Below are positions 23,454-37,437 of a stretch of DNA of 64,000 bases, piece by piece. A program made the translations under genes and the position numbers. The stretch covers positions 868,001-932,000 of the forward strand of contig OZ237746.1 in the NCBI GenBank assembly GCA_965178125.1, given 5' to 3'. The stretch's first letter is position 1. Each line of letters starts with the position of its first letter. This stretch comes from Bilabrum cf. latius. Lineage: Eukaryota. The notes beneath the pieces were generated by a model, which did no database searches, was not told the origin of the DNA, and saw nothing but the letters and a program-made list of their open reading frames with translations.

Positions 23454-26400
23454 TCAGGTAGGGTCGAACAAATCCCGCGTGCCTCCGTCCTCGTCCACCA
23501 TCGTCAGCCGCCCCACACCCTCCTCCAGGTAGAGAGCTAGCACACCGCGCTGCAGCCCGAGCAATCCGAAACCATGCTTCCACACAGAATTGCCGTGCTT
23601 GTCCAGAATGTGAAGCTTCTTACTAGTGGACATGACAGCGAGCCTGAAGGGACCTTCATGGTCCTCGTGCAGATCCCAGGTGTCAGAGGCCCACAGGATC
23701 TCAAGCTCGCGCCCGTCGCTGATCGCCAACTTGCGAAGCACCACGTTGCCGTCCGACTGAAGATGCAGCGTGACCTTTTCGTTTTCACCGACGGCAGCCT
23801 CCATCAGGTCGTACTCGTGCAGACTGTAACCGATCGGAAGAACGTTCTTGGGAACCGAGTCAGGCCGCTGGGGACACACCGGCATGTCCTCGTCGCACGG
23901 TTGTGCCAAAGGCAGGTTGTCGTAGTCCTCGAAATCTTCCTGCCAGTTGCCCTCTTCGTCGCCGTCCGTATCCCAGTCCCAAGTGTCCGTGGTCCAGATG
24001 GATGCCCCGCTCTTCCGGTACAGGACCACGTTGCCATCGTCTTGCATCCTTAGTTCGCCGATCGCCCCGACTCGATCGGTCGCAGCGTGCCACTTCTCAT
24101 CCCCCCCTCGTTCTACGATCACTAGCCTCCCGCTGCCCTCGACCAAAAAGAAGCAGTGGCCGCCGCTGTCCGTCGCTGTGTTCCAAAGGGGTTTTCTGCC
24201 ATGTCCCTCACGCTCCTGGGCATACAACACGAGACTGCGGAGTACACGATATACGCACAAAAGATGAGCCGATGGAGGTGGTCGAAGCAACAACGCTGAT
24301 CTATAGTCTACGCCCAGTGCATACCAACTTATGTCACAAGTGGAATGTGCACGCAAAGATTATAACGGGGGAATACCATCATTCGATCTTTCATGGTAAG
24401 CAGTACGTCAGTGCAGGGCGTCATCCGATTCATTGATCTCACTTGCAGTCTCCTTGCATCGTCAGGTATCCGTCGTAGCCATGTCCATGTGACCGTAGGC
24501 TCCAAGGTGCCTCCAGGATCTGACCCGGCCGCATGGACCACCAGATGTCGCCATCTTCTGCTTCTTGGCACTTGTACCTGTCACTGGCTGTGCAGTGCAA
24601 GAACGAGGCGTCTCGGACGGCGCCATCATTCCACACGCCGCGGCTCTTCCACTTGCCCTGCTTCTTGCCATACGTGCCAGAGGACCACACGACCGAACCG
24701 GGCTTCTGATAGAGCACTAGGTTTCCATCCGGCTGCGAAAAGAAAAATGGAGGTACAGGCAAATATCAAGGCTAGTCTAGTACAAGGAATCAAGGTTCTG
24801 GATGGAAAGTGAGTTATGTCGTTTCTGCTTACCTGCTGCTTCAGCTCCAGCTCCGAAGGATCGTCACCTTCTCGCAAGGCCTTGGAGCCCATGATCATAA
24901 AATGCGTGTCACCGCTGTCATCAACCAAGAAAAGGTCGCCCTCATCGGTAAACACGAAAGCACACGCCTCCCCCTTGTCCTCGGTCTTGGAAGACCACAA
25001 GGGTGGATCGAAGTCCGGCTTGCCAGCGGGGCGGTATGCGACCTGGACCCCGCACTTCACGACGGCGAGCCGCATCGACCCGCCCCCGTCCGCACTGGTA
25101 ATCAGCGAAGACTGGCTCAGCAAGTACTGGCCCGGCTGCATCGAAGCCCCGCCGAGCCACGCACCGTCCAGCTAAACGCACTTCGAGAGGTCATCGGCGG
25201 TGCACTTGAGGTCGGGAGATGGCCGCAGGGATTTTGCAGGCACACCGTTGAAATGCAGATAGCTCCTGGACCTGTCGCCGTCCTTTCGGTTGCCAGGTGT
25301 ATACTGCTCCGCACCATGTCTGAACCCGTTCAGCAACGTGTAAGTGGTGGTCCCATCATCTCCAGCATCCGTCCAGTCATTCACTGCCCCACCGTTAGCC
25401 GTCGGGAACCTGAACATGCTGTCTACCCGCTCCGCTGGCAAGTCCATCTTGGCCAGGCGATCAGCGGCATCAAGTAGTGCCATCGTTACCTGCTTTGCTT
25501 GCCCCGCTGGCACGTCCATCGTGGCCAGGCGAGCAGCAGCATCCTCGAGCAGTGCTTTCTGGTGCTTCAGCTTGGTCATCTCTGTCTGGCCCGAAGTCTG
25601 AAACACGTACCGCATCAGGTCAGCGCCATTCATGCCCTCCTCTTGGGCCGCTTGTGCCATAGCCAGCCGATACTGATGCTCTGCAAACTGCAGGATATCG
25701 TCGGCTGCAGAGGCGGCCTCCCTGAGCTCATGCTGACCCTGGCTGTACACTGCATCCTCGAGCGCTTGGGTGGCCGCCCTGGCCTTGTCGAGCTGCTTCT
25801 TGGCCTGGTGTGCAAGCGGGCTCCTCTCCAGTTTGCCGAGCATGAAATCGCTGCGGCCCCCTCCCTTTTCCATGGATGCGGCCACGTCTGTGAGGCCCGA
25901 GTCGCCCGCCCGTTCAAGCGCCTCCTCCCACGTGAGGGTGCCGCCAAACTGAGCTGGAATTCCATCACGTCGGACCAGGGCCGCGGCGGCGTCAAGCGAA
26001 TCCTTGTTGATCTTGACCTGCTCGTATGACATACCAAAGGACTGCTTGAGCACCATGTCGGGGTTCTTGCCCTACTCCCTCGCTACCGTGGCCACCTCAT
26101 CAAGGAAATGTGCATAGCGTCGTTCAGACTCAAGGTGATAGATGGGAAACGTCCATCCGTCCACCATGCCCATGGCAACATTCGGGTCCTGCGACCGGAG
26201 CAGCGGCTAAATGTCCTTCTCGAAGCCCTTTATCGCCTTACTGAGCCTTTTCGAGGCCGCGGGATCAAGACCCGCCGCCTTACAGGCATCACCAAGGTTG
26301 CCCACGGCGATGTTGCCGTTGAGGACTTCGATGCCGTGCTGCCGCCCAAGGACTCCGTATGACACGTACATTTTGTCAATCCTGCTTTGCTGAACGAGGG

Positions 26401-29400
26401 GGTTGGAACGCACCCCATCGTTCCAGACCTTCTTGGCATCCGCTTTGAGCTAAGATAGCTTCTTGGGAGACAAGTCGTCTGGCCAGTCGTCGAAGGTAGT
26501 CAGGAAGCTGTCGAACGCCTTCTGCTTCTCAGCCAGATCCTTGGACAAGCCATACGTGGCAGCACCTGCAATGTTTGTGGATATAACTGCATCATCCATC
26601 ATCCCTGTCAGCTCGTGCATACCCATGCTCTCCAGGATTGCCATTGGGTCGCCAGCACCCGTAGAGTCGGCGGCATCAGCCATGGCGTGCCCCAGACGTC
26701 TCTGGGCGATCACTTCTTCACCTCTCAGCTTCGCGATTGCCGAGTGGACGAGCTCGTCATATTTCTTCCCGGCTTCTTCGACAAAATCTTTGAGGTCAGG
26801 GCTGACCTTGGTTCTTCCGGAAAACGGGTTCACGCGCCAATTCTTCTCCATCAGCTCGATCTGATCCCTGATCGCACGGAGGCTATCGACGTGCTGCTGC
26901 ACCACCTTGCCGCCCAACGCATCAGGAAGCTTCGCGTTGGACGGATAAAGCTGATGCCCACGCACGGAGATCCCCTCCATGAGTTGTCGCAGCTCTGGCG
27001 AAGCCACAGCCTGCTGCGCCTGCACAGATAGTTTCCAGTTGGCAACGCTCTGCTCCAGGCTCTCCACCGTGACACCATCGCCGTAAATATGCTGTACGAT
27101 GAGGTCACCATTCGCTGCGATGGCTTTGTCAGACTCTGCTGCTGCTCGGGTCGCGGCTAGCACCTCGTCGGCGTACACGATATCTCTCACTCGCATGGCC
27201 TACTGCTTGGCCTGGGCAACGTGCATTTGGCGAGTGATCTTGCCTGCGTCCATATCTTGCGCGACCTTGATGATCCTCTGCCTCGTCATGGGAGAAAGCT
27301 ATGTCCACGCGCCACCACTGAGCTGCTGCTCCACCATGCGAGCTGTCTGACCGTCCCGAAAATTATCTCGGAGTACGTAAACAAGATCATTCACGGGCTG
27401 TAAGGCCTCGTTTTCGGCATGTTTCAGTGCTGCCTGTGCCACCTCACGGTCAGCATCGTTGGTGGCTCTCCGAAGTGCCTCCTTAGCCTCCTTAACCGAG
27501 GATGGGTCGCTGATCTCCTTGAGCGCCGTCTCCGCTGCCTCAATCTCCGACCTGATGCGTTCCTTCTTGGCCCTTGTCAGGATGTGCACGAGATCGTTAG
27601 AACCCTTCAGCTCCAACGATGCCTGCAGCTTGGCCAGCTCCTGCTGCCTCTTCGCAAACTCTGCAAGCTTGGACTGGGCAGCGCCCTCGGGCAGCGTCCT
27701 CCTCCAGATCGACTCAAAGTCTTCCAGCCCAAGCTCCCGCCAAAGTACATCACGGGCATCCAAAACGTTAGCATAATTCGACGCGATGCGTGCTTGCTGT
27801 TCGCAGGACTCTGACAGCCTCCTGCTGACCACATCTTGCCAGAATGCCGAGTCAACACTTTGCTGCTTGGCGAGGGCCCTATCGGTGATCTCAGCGGCGC
27901 TCTCCCGAATCTTGCGCTCAGTTCTGACCCAGGCACTGTCAGTCTTAGGAACAGACACGCCACCCCATTCGATATCAGCTTGCCTTTCCAACACTTCCTC
28001 GGCTGTCGCACCGGCCCTGCGCAATTCGGTCAAGTCGTCTGCTGCTTGCTTTGCAATGGCCTCGATCTCCACCATGGCCTCCATTCGGGCAATCTCGCTC
28101 GCGTCGGCGTCGATGCCGCGCAGCTGCAGATTGGTCTTGATCTCATCCTCTGCGAGCTCACGATACTGGGCCAGGTGTTCATCTACCTTGGCTTTGTAAG
28201 GTGGGACGACATCACTGATGAAGTCGTCGGAGACCTTGTCCACTCCGAACGCATTGGTGAAATCGATTGCGTCCGGGTTGGGGTAGTTTTTCAGTAATTC
28301 GTCGGAAGTTGTTGCCCGCGCTCCCTTGACGAGCCTGCGCTAGACTTGTTCCCGACCCTCCTTGCTCATCCCCTTCAGAGCGAGGGCTGCGTCCTCCTTC
28401 AGCTAGGGCATGAGATTCTCCATGACCTTCCCATCCACTTCTCTGCGAACACTCATCACCTTCTGCGCTGTGGCGCTGTCCGGAATCCCTAAAGAATCGG
28501 ATATGGGAACGCTTGGACCTCCCTTCGCAGCCTTCAGCGCAGCGGAAGCTTGCTCCTAGGAGGAAAAGTGGGCTTCCTTGAGCTCCTTCTTGAGCCTGGC
28601 AATGCTGCTTTTCTGCAGGTCCTTGGCATCTGACCTCAAAATCTTGACCAGCTGCTCTTGCACGCCGCCAAGGTCTAGTTCCTGGTCTCCGATGCGCTTG
28701 GCGCATTTTTCGACAGCATCAGCAGCAGCCGCGTCCGCCCGGACCAGCTTACGCACCAGAGCATCACTTTCTACCTCTCCGAGAAGCTACTCAGGACTCA
28801 GCCCACGCTAGAATTCACTGTCCATGCGCACCACTCCGTGTGGCTGGATTGCAGCAGGCATGCTATCGAACTCAAGATCGGCACGCACCTCGACGTCGTC
28901 TGCTCGTATCGGTGCAGCTGGCACGTTGAGTTCGGTCGCGATGGCTTCATCCAGCTCGTCAAGGCTTGGCATGCGGTTGGCCTTGCCTTGAGCTGTCGCT
29001 GCAGCCGAGTCGGCAATATTGGCGTTGAAATCCTTCAAAGCCTACCGGTCCGAACCGAATGCCTTGGCCCGGAGTGACTTGAGGTCACCGGCATTCAGAC
29101 CAGGCAGCTCTGCTGGTGACACTCCCAGCTGCCGGGCCAGGGTGCCTTCCAGGATGCCACGCTGGATCTCGCCATCGACTTCCGCAATCAGCTTGCGGGC
29201 ACCATCAAGGTTCTCTGCCAGCTGCAGTCGCATGTCGAGCGCCGCTGCCAGGTTGGTGTGGTACCTCATGACCTCGTCGACAGCGGGCACGCCGTTCATG
29301 GCACGGGTGATGTCGGACGCCACCCCTCCGCTCAACTCGGCCGCATTCGCAATGGCCAGCGTTAGCTCGGATGTCGCAAGGTCGTGCTCGAGGAGCACAA

Positions 29401-32400
29401 GGTGGCCTAGCTCGTTGTCCAGGGCCGATTCCGGCGCATCGGCAAGCTTCTCGAGCCTCACGTAGGTCTCCTAAACTTTGTTGGAAGCCGCCTGCACTGC
29501 TGGATCGGCCGCAATCTGCATGGCGATTGGCCCATCGGTTGTCAGCAGCCCCTCGTCGATGTACTTGCCAATGTCGCCCAGGTCACCACGAAGTGACTTG
29601 CTGGCGCTGAGAGCGCCAAGCAGAGCCTCGTTAGCTTGCAGATCCGCTTGCAGTCGCCTGGCGTTCGTGCCGAAATGGAGCGCCATGAAGGTATCGGCTG
29701 CCTCCAGTCCGCCTTCCTCCGCAGCTTGCATGCTTGCATGGATGTCAAGGAGCGACTTGGCCTGATTGACCTTGTTGCTGGCTTCAAGTGCCTCTGAGGC
29801 CGCCAGCTGAGACGGTAGGGGTCCCGTGCTGTCAATCGACTTCACTGCTGCCTCAAACTTGGATTTGGCAGCCTCGCTGACCTGGTCGTGCTTCTTGAGC
29901 GCTGCGTGTGCCCTTCTCATGGCCGCCTCCACGTCGGATCCCAGCTGTCCGGCATCCTGCAACATCCACTCGGGCAAGTCCTTCAGCGTGCCGTCGCCCC
30001 GGAGCAGCGCGTCGTTCTTTCCGATGGCTGCCTGCACTCCAACGATCGGCTCCCCGGCCCACAGATCTCTCTTAATACCGTCGATCACCTTGGTCGATAG
30101 CAAATCATCGGACAGATCGTACACCTTGAACCAGTCATCGGGGCCTTTGAAGTGCGCCCTGGCTGCGTGGGAGGCTCTGGCAGCCGCATCGGCGGCTCCC
30201 TGCCTTGCCTGCGCAAGGGCCTCCTTTGTGACTGGGCTTCCGGCCAGCATCGTGGCGACGGCAGCCCCGTCGGCCCCTGATCGTTCGGCAGCGGTGGCGG
30301 CAGCAATAGCAGAGTCGATCGAGTGCAAGTCATCGGTAGCAGTAACGAAGGCATCCAGTGACCTGAGGACCTCTTCTGTTTCCTCTGTTCCCTGCTTTAA
30401 CCCGCCGCGGTACATTTCCCACTAGGTCGCCATCTCACGGCTGGCATCGAGGTGCCTGAGCGATTCGAGCAGCTCCTCCGTGGCCATGCGTGGGTTCTCG
30501 TAGAGCGCCTTGAAGGCACCCATGATGTTGTCCCCGTCTCGGATCACGGAATCAAGGACTCCGGCGGTCCGTGCGTCGACGGACATGGCACGCAAGGCGG
30601 TGCCCTTGGCCCGCATCGTCTTGACCTTGGCCGTGACGTGGCTGGGCAGCGTGTTGAAGTTCTAGATGCAGATTGCGTGAACGGCCTCATCCGGACCCAT
30701 CCCCTGCTTGACGAGGCGTCGAGTTCCGGCTTCTACCAGCTCCTCGATCGCGTCGGCCTCGGCCTCCCATTGCAGGCTGGCAAATACGAAGGCTGCATGC
30801 TGCCTGCCCTCGTCAGTCAGCTGTCCCAAGCCTTCGACCAGCTCCTTGCTGCGCATCACCTTGGATAGTTCGTCCAATTTGGCTTGCCGGCGGCCATACG
30901 CCACCATGGCGTCTTCGAAGTCCATGAGACGCAAGTCGGACGGGTCAACAGGCAACTCAAATGTTACCCTGCTGACCGCCTGCACGTCCGCCACCATGCC
31001 GGCAAAGGCCTTGTCCTAAAGCATTTGGGACGTCTCCTCTCGCACCACGGTCTGGCTGCGGCGTAGCTTGGCAGTCACATCACTTAAGCTGTCCTTGGAC
31101 CCGAAGCCAGGCTTTCCGCCGAAGGACCCGGAGTCCACGCGCTGGTACGATGGCCCGTCCACGATCTTCATCGACCCGTACCTTCGCAGCTCCATCGCCT
31201 CACCGAGGTCTGACCCAGCGATGCTGCCCCGAATATCAGCCATCAACGCGTCCTCAGGTCCCATGAACGACCGCTTGGTAGCATCAGATAGTAACTCGGA
31301 TGCTTCTTCCGAGATTGCCGCCAGATCAAGATTCCCGGTCTTTCCCAGCTTCGCACCCTGACCAAAGTGGAGTTTGCGCCACACCCCCGGTGCCTGCAGG
31401 AAGCCGTGCCGCGGCCTCCGCTTCCTCCGGCAGACTACGTTCTTCTTACACTCCAACACCCTGAGCTTCTACCGTTTGTAGCTGTCGACCTCTACCCTGG
31501 TTGATATATGGTCTATGTTCAGCTTCTTCGCACCGTCGCCCCCGTTCCTAAAGATGGGGTCCCTGGCAAGTCGTGACTCCATGAAGGACTGCCGTCTCGC
31601 ATTCATGTTCACTTCTGCCCTCACCCGCTTGAGGGGATCAACTACCTGCTTCTGCAACCGCTTCCGGCCCACCTAGCCGACGTAGTTGTCGAAGGCGGAA
31701 TCGTAGATGTGCTTCATGGCCTCGTGCTGCTCGACCGGAGTGGCTGTCTTGCCGTGCTTGACGAGCCATTTCTTGTACTCTGAGGCGGCCTCCTTGTTCA
31801 TCTTCTTGGAGATCTGAACCGCCTGTACCTCGATACCATCAAGGGCAGCTGCGGCCAGGAGCCTCTTACTAGTCGTCTTGGCCACCACATGCTCAGCCGT
31901 TTTGCCCAAGGCGGCATTTTTCGTGTAAAACAGCAGATTCCTGATGCCCTAGAAGCACTCTCCCAGCGTCATGGCAAAGTTCTTGACGGACTTCCACGCG
32001 AACTGGAAGGGGAACTTGACCGCACGCCATACGGTAAGCAACGGGTGTCTCACGGCGTACTTGAGCCCCTTCCAAGCCAGCTTGGCGCCTGCAACCACAA
32101 GGTGCTTCGCCCCCTTAGCGGCTGCAGCAAGTCCAGTCGTGATAGCACGCTTGGTGAACGCCCTGCCGATAGCTTTGCCTCCCTGTTTGTACGTCTACTT
32201 CGACAGCGCCTTCACGGTCATCTTGAGAGCGTTCTTCGCTGCCTGCTTGGCTGCCGCCTTTGCTGTAGCCACAGCGACTGCACCGCCCGCCTTTGCCGCT
32301 ATCTTAAGGCCGGCACTCGCACCGCCTGTGAGCATACCTAGCGCAATGTCACCGGGTAGTTCGACAGCGATCTGCGTCCAGAATCTCCCCCACTGAAACA

Positions 32401-34861
32401 TGGGGTCGTCCAGTCCGTTCCGAGGGTCGACGCGGGCCAGCTGCCCACCGTACGCTTCCTGCTTGTCAAGTATCCCCTTGGGATAATCTCTTGCCTCGTA
32501 GTCCCACGAGTTGGTCTCGAATAGGGGAGTTCCATGCATCCGTAATACGATGTTTCCGTCGTACTGCGTGCCAAACACCAGCTTGTTGAACTCGTACGGA
32601 GGCCGCATACCGATCCTGACCTGCTCCGGTCCAGTCCACGCCGCGCCTCCATACTTCGCAGTAGAATAGATAATCGTTGTTGGCGAGAGCGACAACAGCG
32701 TTGTGAACCAATCCACATCGTCGGGCTCCACCAGCGTTGACATGAGCGTCTCGGCGTCGGCGTAGTACGTGACCCGGCCAGTTCCATCCACGATCTCGAG
32801 TTCACCGATGGACGAAAAAATGAACGAGTACGGCCCCTCCTGCTTGACGGGAGTCTCGTCTTCCTTTCCCCAGCCGTCCTGGGTTTTAGAGGCAAACAGG
32901 ACCGCCCGACCCTGCACATATAGGACGAGGTTGCCATCCGCCTGCATTTTCAGCGAGATGACACCGTTCGTCACCTGTTCATTCGCGGTTGACGTAATAG
33001 CCTCACCGGGAACCATGTCTCCGCTACCCTCGGGAGGGGCAACGCAGTTGCCGAGGGTCATAGCGCTGCAGAAGGGGCGAGTCGGGTCGTCCATGCGCGC
33101 TCTATGGATCCGCAGCAGGGAGCCGTCATGGGCATCGTTGGGCGCGCTTGGTGCGGACACGGTGGTCCACACTACATCTGGACTTGTACGCGAGATGACC
33201 TCAATAGCCTCGGGGGAGGCGCAGTAGTCCAAAGGATGGAAGGAATCCAGCCGCAGGACGGCCATGTCCACCATGTGGAGGGGGTTGGCCCACTCGTCAT
33301 CGTCCTTCTTGCGGACGGCAACAAGGGCGGCGCACGTGATCGGACCCGCATCGCCCGTGGTCTGCTTCCACACCGTGGTCTTGCCTCCCTCTCCCAGGAC
33401 CATGAGGTCACCGGGGGTGGTGAGCACCAGAGAGTAGGGTCCCTTCGATTTACCATGCGTGCCGGAGGCCCACACGACCTTGAAGGGCTCGGCTTCGAGC
33501 CGTTCTTGAATCGCGGGAGAATCCATGCAGTCGCAGTGAGCGATGGGGTCGGCGCACGAGAGGTACTCTCTCTTGTCTTCGTCATCGAATTTCCCGCTCG
33601 CGTCCTTCTCGCACTGCGATCCGCGATACTCGAGGACCAGGTTGCCGTCTTCCTGCATGACAAGTTTGGCCTCGGACGCAATGATCTCCCGGTTGCCGAT
33701 GTTCTTGAAATGTCGGTTAACGACCTCGTACGTACTCTTCGAAGTGAGGGCCCTGCCTTGCGGCAGCTGCTCCCCGGGTCTGAGAAATTGCGCGCCATCG
33801 GCAACCACCTTGCACTTTTCAAGCGAGCGCTCGCCGCACCACGTCTCTGCCTCTTCCTAGCCCTAAAGCTCGGGCCTCCAGGAAGGAGCGTCCAGGAACC
33901 ACCCGGAGTACTCCCAACGGAGCTTGCGCAGGCGCTGCCAGCCGTCCAGATTGTCGTCTAGCCCAGGGTCGTCCTCCGGCCAGCCGTTGTCCTTCAGGAC
34001 CGCCAGAAGGTCGGTGTTGATGGCCGTCCTTGATTGTGCCACAAGGAGATCCGGGTCGTCCTTTCGCCGAACGACGAGGTTGCCGCCCTCGGTGATCTCG
34101 AGCTGCAGCAGGTCCTTGGCGCGGGAGATTTCGCCTTCCGATGTGAGCCCCATGGACGTCCGACTGATCCACTTGACGGCCGTATGATCATCTTTTTCGC
34201 TTGCCTCGTTCAGCGAATCGGCGTTAATTTCTGTGGAGTTCAGGCCAACTCGCACCAAAGCCAGGTCACCACCCGATGTGAAGACGAACAAATCACGCTT
34301 GTGCTCTCCCTGGGGCTCATCATGGGCGACAAGCTCGTTGCTAGTCTACCCTGGCAGGCGAGAAGCAGCACGGGCCCGCCAGATTATGTTAAATCCCTGG
34401 CGGTCCTTCGTGGACTCGGCCAGAAAGAGCCCTTCCTCCTTGTTGCACAGCTGAATCATGAAATCCTGCACTATCCTCTCCAAGCACTGCCCCGGCCTCA
34501 GCATCTGCGAAAAATTATAGAAATGAGACAAACATGGTCGCTATGGGTACTATGTCTGACGCGGTAGGTGGGCCTAGTGTGTTCCCATTGTACCTGACAG
34601 CCTCACCTGACCAGGCTGCAAGGTCGACCCATCGAGTGCAATGGCACAGTCACCCAAAGAATCAATGAAACATGATGAGGGAATTTCTTGCGACTCCAAG
34701 TGGGCAGCATTCCGTCGCCGAGAAGTCCGTAAACCAGCCGAGTTTACTCTCAGCAGCCGGCTTTCTTGCCTTCCGAGGCGCTGAGCACTGCCACGAAATT
34801 GCGTAGCCAACGAAGCTCCAAGAATAAATGAAGTAAATATCGCTAATACAGCGAATCGCAT
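23454..34861 (-). CDS. ~3,665-aa secreted protein with N- and C-terminal bulb-type (B-) lectin domains and a long helical core; exons 34861-34607, 34504-24833, 24732-24443, 24234-23454
   Basis: Signal peptide MRFAVLAIFTSFILGASLA. Repeated QxDGNLVLY motifs (MQEDGNLVL, MQADGNLVLY, QPDGNLVLY, MQDDGNVVLY, LQSDGNVVL). About 15 track ORFs lie in one frame separated only by TAG. Three GT-AG introns keep the frame, and the third rebuilds MQGDCNLVLY. Confidence 0.8.
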
Positions 34862-34964
34862 CGGCGGTACGAAATCTTGAAGTGCTGAAAAATAAGAGAA
34901 GAGCAGCTGGGCTGGGCGCGCCCTGAAATTTCTTATTTCGGTATCAACTCGTTACAATTTGAAT

Positions 34965-37159
34965 TAGGCGCCAGCACGGGCACCATCAAAGGATCGTGAC
35001 CGACACCGGACGATACGTTGAATGTGGACAAGTCGGGTACGCAGACGACTACGTGGCACTGACGTCGAACTGGAACGAAGCAGTGGCGGTCATGAAGCTA
35101 GTCAAGAGCCTGTTTGCACTTGCGGGCATGTAGCTGGGAATCAAGCCCCTGACAGCATCGGGCCAGGGAACCAAGACAGCGATCATGGCCTTTGGCTACG
35201 CTCGGGACTCAATTCCTGGGGACATGCCAGAGGGCGTCGCATGCAGAGCAGCGGACGCGGGAGAGACGGATGGGGAGTGGACCATCCCACTTGCCTCATC
35301 CTACCTGTACCTCGGTCTACTCATTTCGACCCAACCAGTACGGATCAGCCCAGATGAAGTAGCTGGGCTGACGCAGGCGAGAGACATCTGGGTAATTGAT
35401 ATGGCACCCCACGTACGCAGGAGGATTGCGATGGCGTACCGGGCGGCCAGGGACATCACACGAGCGGCGGTGAACGGCAACTGGGCGGTCTCCCTGCACG
35501 CCCAGCTGCTCCATGCAGGAGCAATCACGAGTGCATTCTACGGAGCAGAGGCAGCGGCATGTGCAACAGGATGGGACACCTTGTCAGGATTAGGATATGG
35601 TTCCCAAGTTTTCTACGGGATGGAACTGAACCTGGAAGTCCTCAAGATGCTGGACAAATTCCTGCTGGATACGCGCTGGATGATTGTCAGCGGATCGACA
35701 CAGGTAAGGCCCTTCACCATGGGCGGTCGATACGTGCCAAACCTTGCGATGGACACTGAGCTGCTGACGGCATCGGCAGCAGGGCGTGTTGCTATGGGCC
35801 TGCTGGACCTGATCGAGTGTCCCTCGAAGAAGGGCCTTGATGTTGCGGCCAGGTTCATCCACCAGGGCCGATTCCTGCAGGGACCACCAGTACAGACAGG
35901 CCCACTCGGGGCCGCGCTGGCACTGGGATTCAGGATCAAGATGGCAGGGTGGACCCACCGGATCGATGACGCGAAGGACTGGCTGGGATGCCAGGAGACT
36001 GCAAAAAAAGTCACAAAGTGGAGGAAATCCAAATCCGGAGCTGCTGACCGATCGTTCACAAGCCTGAGCCTGGGATGCTCGCACGATCCGGCACTGTCGG
36101 ATTGGGACCGGGAGAGAGCTGCGCTCGGAGTGGTCATGCTTAACCGGTACGCAACGAAGGGGCGGTATGCCTTCGGACCAGGAGCCATGCCAACAGCAGC
36201 GGTGGTGCAGGAATACGGCCACCAAGGAAGACGAATTCTGCGCATCCGAGCTGGACAATACCCGCAACAGGGCACGCCCAACCTTCAAGTGATGGGCACC
36301 GCGGTAGAGCAGATGGAGCGGGCCGAGCATGACCATCATGCCGGAACGAGACCGTGGCAACCCGATGATGCGGATCAGAATAGAGGGAGGTCCCCTGCCT
36401 CCCTCCGGAAAGCATGGGCGAAGACAGCTCTCGCTCAGGACCCTTGGGACGAGAAGCTGGAGCGCACCAGCAGGGCCAAGCCAATCGTCGAAGACGCACT
36501 CACTCGGATAGAGCGTACGATTGCGCGGTCATCGGAACGGACAGCTGTCAAGGAGCTGGCCAACCGAGTGGTGCAGGTGATCAGGAACCAGCTGCGCTAG
36601 CAGGAGTAGCTGACGTGCAGGCAGTGGATGCGAGGCGATGCGGCGGCTGCTCTTGCCGCCACGGCCACGCAAGAGCTGATAGCGGCAACCAATGCGAACG
36701 CTCGGCTACAGCGACGGATGTTTAAGCCCCACGGCTTGCTAAGGGACATAGAGAGGCAATGGGCCAAAGGCATGAGCGCGTGCATGCTAGCCTCTCTGAA
36801 GGATCGTGAGACGCAGAGACGGTCATGGAGGAGGAAATGGTGGGTCCCGGCAGGGGACCCTGATGTGGGACTGGACCGCGCTTTGTGCCGGGCACATGCT
36901 CCGCACCTGTATGCTTTCTCCCTGTGAAGGCATCAGGCTGAGGGCTTGTGGGGGACCACATTGATGGCGAATAAAGGGGACTCGGCGGTGTAGGCTGAGA
37001 TTGGGGGGCCTTTGGCCTGAAAGGGTCGGGGGTCTTGTAGTCCTTGTTTGAGGACTCCTCTGGATTCAGGTGATCACTCGAACTCCTTCGGGGGCAACGG
37101 TGCATCTGGGTGCTTGTGGAATCTTTACCCAACAATGTATTTCTGTATTTCTGTATTTC
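34965..37159 (+). mobile_element. 5'-truncated non-LTR retrotransposon (LINE) with (TGTATTTC)n 3' tail
   Basis: Frame +1 reads GQVGYADDYVAL (YADD at 35038), then KTAIMAF, YLYLG, RRRIAMA and FYGAEA. It stays open through TAGs to TGA 36927. Three TGTATTTC units lie at 37136-37159. No TSD was seen. Confidence 0.75.
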
Positions 37160-37189
37160 GCCGCGACAGCGGAACCTTCTAGAACAATA

Positions 37190-37220
37190 GAGTCTAGACT
37201 CTAGACTCTAGACTCTAGAG
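37190..37220. repeat. Short tandem repeat (TCTAGAC)n
   Basis: agagtctagactctagactctagactctagag. Confidence 0.8.
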
Positions 37221-37225
37221 TTGAG

Positions 37226-37437
37226 GACACGCATGCTGTGGCGGATGGCAGTGAGGGCACGGATGCTGTGGCGGATGGCAGTGAGGGCACGAATACTGTG
37301 GCGGATGGCAGTGAGGGCACGAATACTGTGGCAGATGGCAGTGAGGGCACGGATGCTGTGGTGGATGGTAGTGAGGGCACGGATGCTGTGGCAGATGGCA
37401 GTGAGGGTACGGATGCTGTGGCAGATGGCAGTGAGGA
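37226..37437. repeat. 30-bp minisatellite, about 7 copies
   Basis: Unit approximately CACGGATGCTGTGGCRGATGGCAGTGAGGG, repeated head to tail with few substitutions. Confidence 0.95.

Noticed and set aside
74-34567. Numerous overlapping antisense and alternative-frame ORFs in the track
   Set aside because: These are shadow ORFs expected at high GC. One consistent frame with recognisable motifs explains each locus.
37226-37437. 30-bp array as CRISPR or a repeat protein
   Set aside because: There are no unique spacers, and ORFs in several frames are a by-product of a stop-free unit.
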